64,000 nt of DNA from Chiloscyllium plagiosum (Eukaryota): NCBI RefSeq assembly GCF_004010195.1, contig NC_057719.1, forward strand, positions 36,366,585 through 36,430,584, given 5' to 3'. The notes beneath the pieces were generated by a model that had not been told where the DNA came from, did no database searches, and worked only from the letters and a program-made list of their open reading frames with translations. A program made the translations under genes and the position numbers. Shown in pieces: positions 38,671 through 52,330 of the stretch. Numbering within the stretch: position 1 is the stretch's first letter; every line of letters begins with the position of its first letter.

Positions 38671-39927
38671 ACATTTTTAGAGTTAAAATATAATTGATTG
38701 TTGACGCCCCTAATGACACTAAAATGGATCAAGCAGCTTCTGGTATAATTTTAGATTTTGGGTAGCCATTTCAGATTTTAGCCAAATCCAAAATCCTGTC
38801 AAGGTGGCAATTGCACTATTTTTCCTTCATTTTTGCTTCAATACTTTCTGTAAAATGACAGTAATCAACATCTTTTATCATCTGACGTGGTTCAGGAAAT
38901 ATTAAATCTTCATCCAATTTACTCTGACTTTTTCAGAAAGGTTTTAATATAGTGCCTTGAATGGCAATAAAACCTTCAAAAGCTACTTATTTTGAGATGG
39001 ATTCATAAACATTTCAATAAGCCAGAATGAGAGGCTTAAAGAAATAATTTTAAAATGCCTGTGTTAAAAATCATTGTGCGAATTTTGATTTGCATGCAAG
39101 AATATAGCCAAGCTGGTTTAATTAATTTCATCTTCAGAATTCATCGTAGCTTCTAACCATTTCCTTGATCCCTGACTTCTTTTGTGTTCTTTTATGGATG
39201 CTGATTAAATGCTACGTGATTTTGACAAAGGAAATCTCACATTTCATTTTCCTCTCTGAGACGTTTGGTTAGACACGTTTCTTTCTTTTATAAACAAAGG
39301 AACACAAACAATTTCTCTGCAGTGATTGTGCACAGACATTTTAATTCTGCTAATCCTGATTCTGGCACTATTCAAACGCTTTGAACCAGCAACAGACCAA
39401 TTTATGTTGACCATTTGAACGTTATCAGCCAATAACAAATATCAGCCAGCATTCATGATTATTTTTTCCACAGCCTCCCATGCTTCTCAATTGATATAGG
39501 TTTGTAACCTCACTGTGAAGAATGCTTTTGATTTGAAGACACACCATAAAACTTGAAATGCAGCTAATCCTTTTTACCGTTTGGGAACAATTTTGCTTGA
39601 TCATTAATCTTATGCCACCAACTACACACCCACTTGACTAATTTCCAAGAGTGATCTTATTGTGTCTATCATTTTGTTGTAATTGTTTAGGTGTTAACCG
39701 AAATGTAAGGAAGTGACTGAAGAAGTTGAGCAAAATAGATTTTCAATACAAATTGTACATTGGCGTTTATCACAAATTACTGCAAATCCACTCTCCATCC
39801 ACAAAAATCTTTTACACTATGATATACTTAATTATGTTTTGGTAGCAAAGTTAACTTGTTCAAAACACAACCTATGTTATTGTCAGACAATACGCCATTT
39901 GATCTGTGGATTGACTTCAGTGACTTT

Positions 39928-40767
39928 TAGTGAGCAAAATTAGGGCGCATGGTATTGGGGGCAAAGTACTAACTTGGATTGAATGTTGGTTAGCTGATAG
40001 GAAACAAAGAGTAGTGATAAATAGCTCCATTTCAGAATGGCAGGCAGTGACCAGTGGGGTACCGCAGGGATCAGTGCTGGGACCACAGCTTTTTACAATA
40101 TATACTAATGATATAGAAGATGGTATTAGTAATAACATTAGCAAATTTGCTGATGATACTAAGCTGGGTGGCAGGGTGAAATGTGAGGAGGATGTTAGGA
40201 GATTACAGGGTGACCTGGACAGGTTAGGTGAGTGGACAGATGCATGGCAGATGCAGGGAAAGACATTCTGGCTATTGAGGGAGTGCAGTGTAGGTTCACG
40301 AGGTGAATTCCTGGAATGGCGGGACTACCTTACGTTGAAAGACTGGAGCGACTGGGCTTGTATACCCTTAAGTTTAGAAGACTGAGAGGGAATCTGATTG
40401 AGACATATAAGATTATTAAAGGATTGGACACTCTGGAGGCAGGAAACATGTTTCCGCTGATGGGTGAGTGCTGAACCAAAGGACACAGCTTAAAAATACC
40501 GGGTAGACCATTTAGGACAGAGATGAGGAGAAACCTCTTCACCCAGAGAGTGGTGGCTGTGTGGAATGCTGTGCCCCAGAGGGTTCATTTAAGAAAGAGT
40601 TGGATAGAGCTCTCAAGGATAGTGGAATCAAGGGTTATGAATGATAAGGCAGGAACAGGATACTAATTAAGGATGATCAGCCATGATCATATTGAATGGT
40701 GGTGCAGGCTCGAAGGGCAGAATGGCCTACTCCTGCTCCTATTGTCTGTTGTCTATTGTCTATTGTC
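39928..40767 (+). mobile_element. CR1 3' fragment with an internal deletion near 40257
   Basis: [27 protein letters not shown]; tail ctattgt repeats. Confidence 0.92.
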
Positions 40768-41444
40768 AAATGAATTTGCATTGATCACACTATACCGATT
40801 TGTCGAGCTTAAACAAATTTAACTGCTGCAATTATTCAAACCTTTAATTTAAAACTTGGAAGTATTTTCTTTAGCAAGTCGGCTTCCGAAACTGAATTGA
40901 CTGTTCACACCCAACCGATCTCCTCCAAAGCTGACGTAAAGGTTTGCAGCTACCTGTTGCTAAATTCCTGTTCGCTGGTTGCTGCAGGGAATCAACCTAT
41001 CTAGGAGTCAGTGCAGAATTATTTAATGAAGCTTTTCTTGATACACCACCCTGAAGGCGTTCCTACATCTTTTCTGACTTCTGTTAATATTGAGCTTTTC
41101 TTTCATGTACCTCCTCTGACTACTAGTTTAACTTTTGACTCCAAAATGTAAATTCTGAGCAAAGTCGAACTTTCAACAGACCGCACTGCAGGCAAATTAA
41201 CTGGATTGATAGGTTGGACTTTGATTGCAATATCTCACAGTAAGTTGCAAATTGACTCTCAAGCCACAATTGTTGCCCTGGTTACTGATTAATTGCCAGT
41301 GGAACCCTGGGATAGCTGCCAACTTAGCTGACCTACCTCTCTGACTCCAGCTGCAGCAATTGCCTTTCCGTAATTTCCTTTGAAAAAATTGTACCTATCT
41401 TACATCAGTGAGAAAAGAATTGACGTTCGGCATAACCTCAGAGT

Positions 41445-41590
41445 CTGCTCTCTCATTTGAGAGAGATGACCAATAATGAGCTCTACCTGAGGAGGTAGGG
41501 TCTTTATTACAATCTCAGCTGGTACAGGAATTGAACCCATACTTTTGGTATCACTCTGCATTGCAAGCCAGCTTAGCTAAATGACCCCAC
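41445..41590 (-). mobile_element. Degenerate tRNA-derived SINE (third family)
   Basis: Reverse complement: GGGGTCATTTAGCTAAGCTGG...GGGTTCAATTCC (A/B boxes)...GAGAGAGCAG. Confidence 0.55.
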
Positions 41591-42615
41591 TGAATGTTAA
41601 TGATAGTCATGGAGATCCTGGGGTCTTTCTATTACAGACACCAGTGAGTCCACTGGGATCATTGCAGGAATAATTCAGTATGTAGCAGATGAAATGATAA
41701 TGATATATGTCATCTCTATTTAAAACTAATCAAATAAGCATTACCTGGCAGAGCTTGAAAAAGCATAGCAAAGTATTGATCATTTCTGACTGCTTTTTGT
41801 ATTTGTTTGAATCTGAGAAATGTGGGCATGTGATTTGGATTTGTGCAAGGATGACATTACCTCCCTGCTCCAGAGAGAACAGTATTGGTGACACACTTGT
41901 AGGTCAGAGATGCTCCTGTGCAAATCAACTAACCTGAAACAAAACAAGCAGGAGACAACGACACTCAGTTGGAATGTTAAATGGCCATCGGACAAAGACC
42001 ATACAATAAATAGACATTACTGGAAAGCTCAAAATGGACAAACATGAAAACAATAGAGATCTGCATAAACCACATCTGATACGCAGTGCAGCCTTATTAA
42101 AATCACAGTTTCATCTCCATTTTGAAATCTTGGTATTCATAAATAACACCCTCCCTGCTACTTGTAAAAGAAAGATAAAACTCAGCCAGTCAATGACATT
42201 TTAGATTGGTTTTCATTCCAGCAGCGAAGTATGGTATTTAAAATGGAATGGCATGCAGAGATAAATGTAATACAGGATTAAAGACATGGAATTCTTGAAA
42301 GTTTCAGCACTGGGATCCTTTATCTACTGGCATCAAACCCATAAATACATCATGAAATAATTTACCTAAACAAATAAACTTCTTCTAGTGGATGACTGTT
42401 GCCCGACACTACAAACATGGGAGAAAACCATCAATAATTTAACCTCTGGTATCAGATCAGTCGTGTTGCAGACTTGGTTACTGAGCAGTAGGGACAGGGA
42501 CGTGTTGCATTCACCAGGAGCAATGGTTCCCAAACATTTCTCTTTTTATCTAGTTTTCTTGTTCTTCATAAAATGGGTTTAGGGATATTACTGGATTTAA
42601 AGTGCAGTAAAGAAA

Positions 42616-43082
42616 CCTTGCCTGGTATGGAAGGTGCTAGCTATGAAGAGAGGTTGAGTAGGTTAGGTTTGTTTTCATTAGAAAAAAGGAGATTGAGGCG
42701 GGACCTGATTGAGGTTTATAAATCATGAAGGGTAAAGACAGGGTGGGTACAGACAAGCTTTTTCCCAGGGTGAAGGATTCAATAATGAGACGTCATGCTT
42801 TCAAGGTGAGAGGTGGAAAGTTTAAGGGGGACTTTAAGGCAAGTACTTTACACAGAGGGTGATGGGCGTCTGGAACGCGTTGCCAGCAGAGATGGTAGAG
42901 ACAGGCACGGTAGATTCATTTAAGATGTATCTGGACAGATACATGAGTAGGTGGGGAGCAGAGGGATACAGATGCTTAGGAAGTAGGGGACAGGTTTAGA
43001 CAATAGATTTGGATTGGCTCAGGCTTGGAGGGCTGAAGGGCCTGTTCCTGGGCAGTAAATTTTCTTTGTTCTTTGTTCTTCA
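42616..43082 (+). mobile_element. CR1 3' end
   Basis: LPGMEGASYEERLSRLGLFSLEKRRLRRDLIEVY; ctttgtt tail. Confidence 0.9.
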
Positions 43083-44271
43083 TTCTAAGAAACAAGTTTG
43101 CGAGCCAACACATTGTAGCATTGCTATCATTAACTCTCCTTGACCACATGAACCAGATTATCTTGCCATCCAGATCAGCTAAGGGCATCTTCCTCATCTC
43201 GGCATTGCCTGACTCAGGAAATGGAGGATGGAGGTTCTCTGAACACTCCTCCCTACTCTTCAGCAGCAATGCAGCTCTCTTTGAGGTTCTTGATCCAACC
43301 ACTCTCCTTGTGGTTTCTGCCATAACATCTCCCACCCCTACTCCCATCCATCATTGCTTCCATTGCAAAGAGGAAAGAAAAGGGAGAATTTTGTCTCCCA
43401 GACCATGGGGCCAGTAACAGCCATCTCATTTTAATGCCTGACCCTCATTTACATCCCACATCCAAATACCTGCTCAAATCAGACTTCCAAAAACAAGCTT
43501 CAGGCGGTAAGTCCATGAAGATTGGGTAATCTAGAGGCTACAAGGCTGGCAGTCTTGTGATGTCAATGCAGGAGTGTCAGTCTGAGAACTTTTCACAAAT
43601 GGGGAAAGAACACCACATTAAAAGCAGTTCAACTTTTTTTCTGGAACAGAAGTGTTCCTCCCGGTCCCCAAAGTAGAAATGTTCTACTTGTCTCACGGGA
43701 CGATCATTGGTTTAGAACCTGCTCTTACTGAACAGGGTGTTAAGGGTGGAAATCCCATTTCAAATTTGTTACCAGCAGAGAAAGTGCTCCAACATCATTT
43801 GAATGCAAGTATTGGAAGCTCACACAAGGTCCAATTTCAGGTCACCCTTGGCTCTCCCTTTCACGGTGTACATTGCTTGAGTGGTGCAAATTTGAAGCTT
43901 CCAAATGGGTTCAGATAAATTTCCACTACTTTTTCCACATCTGTTCCTTGCCTTCATATGCCCTATCCACAACATGTATTTTTACCTGAGATATTGTGCT
44001 AATGTGCCTTCAGGCTTGCTATTGTCATGTCACATCTACCATGCGGCACTCACTGTAGGCATCCATCTTACAGCCAGTTCAATAAAGGCACAGCAGAAGC
44101 TAGACTGCTGTCCTGTTTTATTGTAACTTAGTGCCAGAGCGGAGCTGAGATTGTGGGGCGATGAACTGTACAACTACTAAATGAAGAACACATGAATATC
44201 CAGAGCTGTGGATAATATTCTTTCCCTGTAGCTTTTAACATTCTCCAGAGAAAGAACATCACCCACATGAA

Positions 44272-46771
44272 CAGTCTGTAAGAATAATAGGGTAGTTATG
44301 GTCGGGGATTTTAACTTTCCAAACATCGACTGGGACTGCCATAGTGTTAGAGGTTTAGATGGAGAGGAATTTCCTAAGTGTGTACAAGACAATTTTCTGA
44401 TTCAGTATGTGGATGTACCTACTAGAGAAGGTGCAAAACTTGACCTACTCTTGGGAAATAAGGCAGGGTAGGTGATTGAGGTGTCAGTGGGGGAGCACTT
44501 TGGGGCCAGCAACCATAATTCTATTTGTTTTAAAATCGTGATGGAAAAGGATAGACCTGATCTAATAGTTGAAGTTCTAAATTGGAGAAAGGCCAATTTT
44601 GACGGTATTAGGGAAGAACTTTCAAAAGCTGATTGAAGGCAGATGTTTGCAGGTAACGGGACGGCTGGAAAATGGGAAGCCTTCAGAAATGAGATAACAA
44701 GAATCCAGGGAGAGTATATTCCTGTCAGGGTGAAAGGGAAGGCTGTTAGGTATAGGGAATGCTGGATGACTAAAGAAATTGAGGGTTTGGTTAAGAGAAA
44801 GAAGAAGCATATGTCAGGTATAGACAGGATAGATTGAGTGAATCCTTAGAAGAGTATAAAGGAAGTAGGAGTATACTTAAGAGGGAAATCAGGAGGGCAA
44901 AAAGGGGACATAAGATAGCGTTGGAAAATAGAATTATGGAGAATCCAAAGGGTTTTTACAAATATATTAAGGACAAAAGGGTAACTAGGGAGAGAATAGG
45001 ACCCCTCAAAGATCAGCAAGGCAGCCTTTGTGTGGAGCCACAGAAAATGGGGGAGATACGAAATGAATATTTTGCATCAGTATTTACTGTGGAAAAGGAT
45101 ATGGAAGATATAGACTGTAGGGAAATAGATGGTGACATCTTGCAAAATGTCCATATTACAGAGGAGAAAGTACTGGATGTCTTGAAACGGTTAAAAGTGG
45201 ATAAGTCCCCAGGACCTGATCAAATGTACTCAAGAACTCTATGGGAAGCTAGAGAAGTGATTGCTGAGCCTCTTGCTGAGATATTTGTATCATCGATTGT
45301 CACAGGTGAGGTGCGGAAGACTGGAGGTTGGCAAACGTGGTGCCACTGTTTAAGAAGGGCGGTAAAGACAAGCCAGGGAACTATAGACCAGTGAGCCTGA
45401 CCTCGGTGGTGGGCANNNNNNNNNNNNNNNNNNNNNNNNNNNNNNNNNNNNNNNNNNNNNNNNNNNNNNNNNNNNNNNNNNNNNNNNNNNNNNNNNNNNN
45501 NNNNNNNNNNNNNNNNNNNNNNNNNNNNNNNNNNNNNNNNNNNNNNNNNNNNNNNNNNNNNNNNNNNNNNNNNNNNNNNNNNNNNNNNNNNNNNNNNNNN
45601 NNNNNNNNNNNNNNNNNNNNNNNNNNNNNNNNNNNNNNNNNNNNNNNNNNNNNNNNNNNNNNNNNNNNNNNNNNNNNNNNNNNNNNNNNNNNNNNNNNNN
45701 NNNNNNNNNNNNNNNNNNNNNNNNNNNNNNNNNNNNNNNNNNNNNNNNNNNNNNNNNNNNNNNNNNNNNNNNNNNNNNNNNNNNNNNNNNNNNNNNNNTA
45801 AGCCCTTCTTCAAGATTCCTGAAGAAGGGTTTATGCCCGAAATGTCGATTCTCCTGCTCCTTGGATGCTGCCTGACCTGCTGCGCTTTTCCAGCAACACA
45901 TTCTTCAGCTCTGATCTCCAGCATCTGCAGTCCTCACTTTCTCCCAGATGGGTCAATGGGCTAAGAAGTGGCAGATGGAGTTTAATTCGGATAAATGCTG
46001 GGTGCTGCATTTTGGGAAAGCAAATCTTAGCAGGACTTATACAATTAATGGTAAGATCCTAGGAGTGTTGCTGAACAAAGAGACCTTGGAATCCTTGAAA
46101 GTGGTGTCTCAGGTAGATAGGATAGTGAAGAAGGCGTTTGGTATGCGTTCCTTTATTGGTCAGAGTATTGAGTACAGGAGTTGGGAGGTAATATTGCGGC
46201 TGTCCAGGACATTGGTTAGGCCACTGTTGGAATTTTGCGTGCAATTCTGGTCTCCTTCCTATCGGAAAGATGTTGTGAAACTTGATAGGGTTCAGAAAAG
46301 ATTTACAAGGATGTTGCCAGGGTTGGAGGATTTGAGCTATCGAGAGAGGCTGAACAGGCCGGGGCTATTTTCCCTGGAGCGTCGGAGGCTGAGGGGTGAC
46401 CTTATAGAGGTTTACAAAATTATGAGGGGCATGGATAGGATGAACAAAGTCTTTTTCCTGGGATCGAGGAGTCCAGAACTAGAGGGCACAGGTTTAGGGC
46501 GAGAGGGGAAAGATATAAAAGGGACCTAAGGGGCAACGTTTTTACGCAGAGGGTGGTACGTGTACGGAATGAGCTGCCAGAGGATGTTGTGGAGGCTTGT
46601 ACAATTGCAACATTTAATAGGCATTTGGATGGGTACATGAATAGGAAGGGTTTGGAGGGATATGGGCCGGGTGCTGGCAGGTGGAACTAGATTGGGTTGG
46701 GATATCTGGTCGGCGTGGACAGGTTGGACCGAAGGGTCTGTTTCCATGCTGTAACCTCTATGACTCTATGA
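44272..46771 (+). mobile_element. HER1/CR1 LINE ORF2 (endonuclease C-terminal half to 3' tail), with gap
   Basis: VMVGDFNFPNIDW (APE) at about 44295; ORFs 44834-45394 and 45948-46529; tail ctctatgactctatga. Confidence 0.95.
45799..45944 (+). mobile_element. PLE family B fold-back centre and sense arm with hammerhead
   Basis: taagcccttcttca (antisense) followed by attcctgaagaagggtttatgcccgaaatgtcgatt. Confidence 0.8.
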
Positions 46772-47789
46772 CGACATGCATAGATACCATTTAGTGACAA
46801 GTGCAATTTAAAGACCATGTGGGCAATGCATGCATGCAATGATAAGAATAACAAACAGCTAAGGAATGTTGTTTCCATAATCATTAACTATTGTATAAAT
46901 ACGATTATTTTGTTGTTCCTTTTGTATAAAAGAGGGATGTTTGGGATAGAAATGCATCATTGTATTAATGTGCTTTCTGGATTCCCATAATCATGTCACT
47001 CCTACTAGATGTATACATTGTATACATCTATCTTACAGTCAATTTAATAAAGACAGAGTATAAGCTAGACTGTTATCCTGTCATCTCTTAATATATTTAT
47101 TTTCTAATTAATGTTGTCACCCCTCACCCCGTAACCTTTCTACTCCACCTAACTGGGCTGGATATTGCTAGAACAAGTAATCACAAGGTTAGTTTGGTAT
47201 GCTGTTCAGCTCAAAACAATTCTGTAGTGCAAGTATAAGGGCATTGTGCATTTTGCCTTCATGAGTGATGGAACCAATGAAATCTAATAAAGAAGGAGCA
47301 GCGACAGAAATGTGGGGAGGTGGGAGAGATCTAAAGTAAAATCAGGTGTAGAGTATATAGAATAAATAAGAATTTAGACTAAGAGGTAAGAGAAAGATAG
47401 AAAAGGTAAGAAAATATAAATAAAATCTGACATTTTTAAAAGCCTGAAAAATGATTGACTACATATGGGAATGAGTCTGAGCAATGTACATTGTTCCCTT
47501 TTATGGGCTAAATTTGACATTGACATAGCACTAATGGTTTAAAAAGGTGAAACGTTTCCACTATTAAACTCTAGGCTTAGTTTCCTGTGGTGAGGTTAAT
47601 GGATGATTGCAGATCTACCAAGCTCTTTTAAGTACTGGGCACATGTAGGGTGGGGAGCCTTTTGTGTCTGTAAATTGATCAATAGATTCTGGAGATTGTC
47701 TCATATTATATTTTTTAACCCTCTTAATGTGCTGCACAATTTGCATATCAGTAAGAGTGTTTTGTTAACACACCATTATTTTTCATATT

Positions 47790-47990
47790 TACAACACCAC
47801 TTACAATCTTCCCCCAAAGTCATTTACCATCCTGATTTGGAAATCACTGTTGCTGGGTTAAAATCCTGGAACATCCTCCCTAATGTATTTAGATTTGTGT
47901 ACAGTACTTTCTTAAGGGAAACTAGGGACAGGCAATAAATCCTGGCCCAGCTAGTGATGCTCATATCCCAATGAGTTAAAATAAAAATTA
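47790..47990 (+). mobile_element. 3' tail of the CR1-like family seen at 1960-2890
   Basis: ccatcctgatttggaaat...aaatcctggaac...aagggaaactaggga...gcaataaat. Confidence 0.55.
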
Positions 47991-48912
47991 ACACATTAAG
48001 TCTTGCTATGTTTATTTTGTAGTTTTGTCCAGTTTATAATCAAGTTGTTCCTAATGCTATGAAGCCTTACAGGATTTTAACTGTGCCCACATGACAGAAA
48101 TCGGAGATGGGCAGTTAAACCTACCAAGGTCACTTATTTGCCCTAGACCTACAATGAGCTAACCAATTTACTCCGCTGCACTGAACAGATGGAAACAGTA
48201 TCTACCCAAACCAATGGGCACTGATTTTATTTCAGATTCAGATTCCTATGAGCGACAATCTGCTTTTCTTTTTACTGTCATTATTTCTTCAGTAAAATTA
48301 CATTTTTTTCCATAAAAATTGCCAACAAGAATCTTTGAATTGTTCTTTGATCTCATTCTTGTTTTAAATTGATCCTTGTCTCTTGTATTAGGCTCTCCTG
48401 TACTGTGCAATAAAAGGAATTGTGCTTTCCAAAACAAAACACAACTTACATTTTAATATTCATTGGTTACTCAACTAGATTACTTCATGTTTTTAATCTC
48501 AAAGATTGAGTGCTGGTGTCAGTGAGATATGTTAGATTTCATTTGTTCTTGTTAAAGTATTGGAACTGAATTCAATAATGTGAATGGTAGCCAGAAGGCT
48601 ACTATTGATGTAAAAACTTAAATTTTCATGCTTCCTTCCTGTTCAATTTATTATAATAATGTCAGGACTAAAACAAAAATCACCAGCTGTGTAAATGGCT
48701 TGAATGGAATTGAATTTGATTGATTGGCAGAGATTATTTGAAATGTTAGAGTTGAGAATTTAGATAGGATTTGCATTCTAATCCACCTTACATTCAAGTA
48801 AAAGGCTCATACTTTTACTCAACACAGTTAATTTGCTTTTGTAAATCAATAAAACTTTTGAGATCAGCAACGATATAGAAATGATGAAAAAGATATCTAT
48901 CCCTTGTAGCCA

Positions 48913-49027
48913 AGGCTTATGCCCGAAACGTCAATTCTCCTGTTCCTTGGATGCTGCCTGACCTGCTGCGCTTTTCCAGCAACACATTTTCAGCTCTGAT
49001 CTCCAGCATCTGCAGTCCTCACTTTCT
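48913..49027 (+). mobile_element. Solo PLE family B pLTR
   Basis: Starts within hammerhead stem II (ggcttatgcccgaaacgtc); 11-bp TSD ccttgtagcca at 48902-48912 and 49028-49038. Confidence 0.87.
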
Positions 49028-49242
49028 CCTTGTAGCCACATTGTATGATCCTTACCAATGTTTGAGTTATTCTTACAAAATAAAGTTTCAAGTCTTCAAA
49101 ATAAAGTGAATTTTCCTAGTTTGTCATCGTTTACGTGAATTTCAATGAACTCACTTTATAACGTACAATAAAATATATTCTGTGAAATAACCGGAGCAGC
49201 ACACTGTAAATCAAGGCCAGCTATTCCCGGAGTCATACCAAA

Positions 49243-49870
49243 TGCTAAAGGTTATTGTCAAAGTACAGGAGACCAATTTACTTGATTTTCTGATCAAGGC
49301 TGATAAAAAGCATGGACTAGATTTCTGTACTAAATTGGAACTATTATTTATTATAAATAATTACTTGGTAGCTACACATACGCATATGCACCCACACACA
49401 TACACCCCACCCCAGGGCAATGGTATTCCCTTCATGATTCTGGTGTTGAAAGCTAACCAAGCTCTTACTGGTCAGTTGTCTTTCTCTGGAAGTTTGCACA
49501 GGTTTGTAAAAAGTAGAGTTACTGATTCACTTGAAAAATATCCCTGATTTATCCATTCAAAAATCAGAGCTCATAGCAACTACTGCAGCAGAATTAACTA
49601 GTTTTGTTCAAGTTTAAATTGAGTTTTTTTAAAACAAACTACAGAGTGCAGACAGCTTCTAGGGAAAACAATGGCATGTGTTTCTGTGACTTTCTCTCTC
49701 TCTCTCTGTATGTGTAACTTGTGTCCAGTTTCAACTGCTCATTTAGCAAAGAACCAATCAACTTCATTTGTAAACAACCTCTTAGCTCCTGAGTATTAGC
49801 ACATTGCAGGAACCCACATTTAATAAACAGAACTCACAACAGGTCCTGAATTCCTTGTTGTGAATTTATG
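49243..49870 (-). mobile_element. Probable LTR-like repeat
   Basis: Similar to 15900-17040. On the minus strand it ends CA-TT-TGGTATGACTCCGGGAAT, resembling a degenerate tRNA-Gly/Glu primer-binding site. Confidence 0.35.
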
Positions 49871-50929
49871 CTGCTGTCCTAGTAAATCTAGTTTTTCTCC
49901 TAGCTGTCCATAGGTTTTAAAGAATCAAAAAGAAGAAGAAACACTCCTTTACATATTGCTGAACATTAGCTTTGCTGCAGTGACAACAACTTTTGAGGTA
50001 ATGACACAGCTGGTTCCAAACTCTTGGTGTTGTTGACTGAAACTTAAATCTTTAATACTATTTTGGTTGAATCTTTTATAAGATAGCAGCTAAGTTAAAT
50101 GTTCAATTTTACAACTGTCAAATTGCATCAGTATAGCAGGCAAGTGGTATGACATTTTCAGCAAATTAACAATAGAACTATACAGCACTGGGAAACTACC
50201 AGATTGATTAACCCTACATTTGAAAACAGACTATATGACTTGTACATTATTAGTATCTCTCACACATGTCACATAGATGAAGACTTATCATATAATTAAT
50301 TCCATCTATAAAATGCTAATGATTAAACTTCAGTTGTACCCTCGAATAGGTCATCCCAATTATCCTTTGTGTAAAGTAACTATACCTGATCCAGTTTTTT
50401 CACTTTTGCACTTCAGAGTTTCATTTTTTACCTTCTCCTATCACAATTCTGGGTTTAACAGATCAACATGCTTAAGGCTTCTCTTGTCTTAGTAAAGAGA
50501 TTTTCTTCAGGGTACTGCTTGTCACTGGCCAATCAGGCATTTCCTTTCTTCCTGATGGTGGAATATGAATGAAGTTTTCTGCACTTGCTGTTTTTTTCAC
50601 TGTGTCCTACACCGACATATGAATGACATGGGTGCTGGGGAAAAATAAGCACCGCTGTTTGGCGGTAGTGTGGGGATTTAGAAGAGAGAAAAAAAACCTG
50701 GAGAGTTAGAATCTCCTCAGTTCAGTGGAAAAATAGAGATTTCCTCAGTCTTCACTTGTCTGAAATCAGCCTTTATTGTTGTAGCTTGATGAGATGGTCA
50801 TGGTGCCAAAGCAGCCACCCAGAGGTCATACTCTTGACCTATCATGCAAAATTCTGAAATTCACTTCAACAAACCAAGTCATACAAGGAGAATGATGATT
50901 AAAGCTAGACATTTTAATCCTGTAAAACT

Positions 50930-52330
50930 TAGAACAGGATACTGTGACACAACCAGGCAAGTCCGATTAGTCTCAGCATCACCTGTTTTGTCCTGACGGG
51001 GCCTCCCAGTATTTCCCTCTCAGCCATGGGTGCTCGGTTTCCTTTCACTCTCCCCACTTTTACCTTTTCTATGTATTTCAGGGTCATTGGGAATGGTCTG
51101 CTCTGGAACAGGGGTTTGTGGATCAGCTCACAACCATCAGCCACTGCGGCTACCTGCCTTGACCCAGTCACTCTCTCTTCCTCCAAGAGTATTTTTGTTG
51201 GGAAGCTATTGGGATTTTTGAACCCAAGGAAAACGATCACATGGAGCTTTTGTAAGTGGCTTCTTTCTAAAGTGCCAGTACCCACTGGTCAAAACCTTAC
51301 TGTTCAAGTTTTTAAAATTCCAGGTACTTCTGTTCAGGCTATTTCCTGAGGACACAAAATTGTTGAATGTATGCCTCCTGTACTAACTTATATGCAGTTA
51401 AGATAGTCTTTCTTACTGCATTGGAATCAGAGTCATTTTATCCAGGCAAGATAACGTAAATCTTTACCCAAAAGCCTACTGTGCAGCAATGAACACCAAT
51501 ACTGGACTGGCCAATTTAACTGAAAAATGTGTTGCTGGAAAAGTGCAGCAGGTCAGGCAGCATCCAAGGAGCAGGAGAATCGACGTTTCGGGCATAAGCC
51601 GAAGGGCTTATTCCCGAAACGTCGATTCTCCTGCTCCTTGGATGCTGCCTGACCTGCTGCGCTTTTCCAGCAACACATTTTTCAGCTCTGATCTCCAGCA
51701 ACTGCAGTCTTCACTTTCTCCTGGCCACTTTAACTGCTGTGCTACCCACTTGAAATAGATAAAGATGACTTTCAGCTCTGCTTCCTCAAACTTAGGAATT
51801 AAATGGAAAGAGAAAGTTGGCTTCTCCCTTAGGTCTGAGCTGCTAGTGTCATTACGGCATGCAGGAGGATTCCTCCCCCTTAGTGCAAGTCAACTTAGAA
51901 TAGGCTCCCTTTCCTGCGATTTTTCCAGAATTTATTTTTCCTCTCTCCTGGCTCTTCCTTCTCATTCCAATTTCTCTATCTCTCTTCTCTTTCTCTCTGC
52001 CATCCTTTCACCCACCCTTTGCAGTTTCTTATCCTTTTTGAATTCTGATTTCCACTTTTCCACTGTTAACCTCTCCACATCTTTTGTATCAGTTTCATTG
52101 TCTTCACTTTCCACTTGTAAACCATTGGCTGCCGTTTTAAAATTTCAGGTTTTCAGGATTAGAATTTTGCCAAAAGGCCTTGCAAAATTGTGTTACTGTT
52201 TAATGGACAAAATGTTTAAATCCTGAAAAGTAACACCCCCTATTTTTGCTAGCAATGTCCTCGATATTACATTGATGTCCTCGAGGCATCTCTATATTAC
52301 AGCAATGCAAACTCAAGAAAGCCTTTTGCA
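50930..52330 (-). mobile_element. Decayed Gypsy-type LTR retrotransposon gag (Gmr1/SCAN-associated type)
   Basis: E/K/R coiled coil, then LIPKFEEAELKVIFIYFKWVAQQLKWP-VQYWCSLLHSRLLGK, then EEERVTGSRQVAAVADGCELIHK. Confidence 0.7.
51523..51720. mobile_element. Fold-back PLE family B insertion in the gag remnant
   Basis: Near-perfect inverted arms centred at about 51602; 16-bp TSD ctggcca(a/c)tttaactg at 51507-51522 and 51721-51736. Confidence 0.9.

Noticed and set aside
4940..41812. Minus-strand chain of small candidate exons (about 41745-41812, 33485-33532, 15668-15715, 4940-4977)
   Set aside because: Donor sites are good but acceptors are weak, several frames fit equally well, no protein is recognised, and some overlap coding-like plus-strand patches.
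51523..51720. Palindrome as a DNA-transposon MITE or pre-miRNA gene
   Set aside because: The arms are PLE pseudo-LTR sequence, are asymmetric, and carry variable-length TSDs, consistent with retrotransposition.
51765..52226. 153-aa hydrophobic plus-strand ORF
   Set aside because: Antisense shadow of the E/K/R-rich gag coiled coil.
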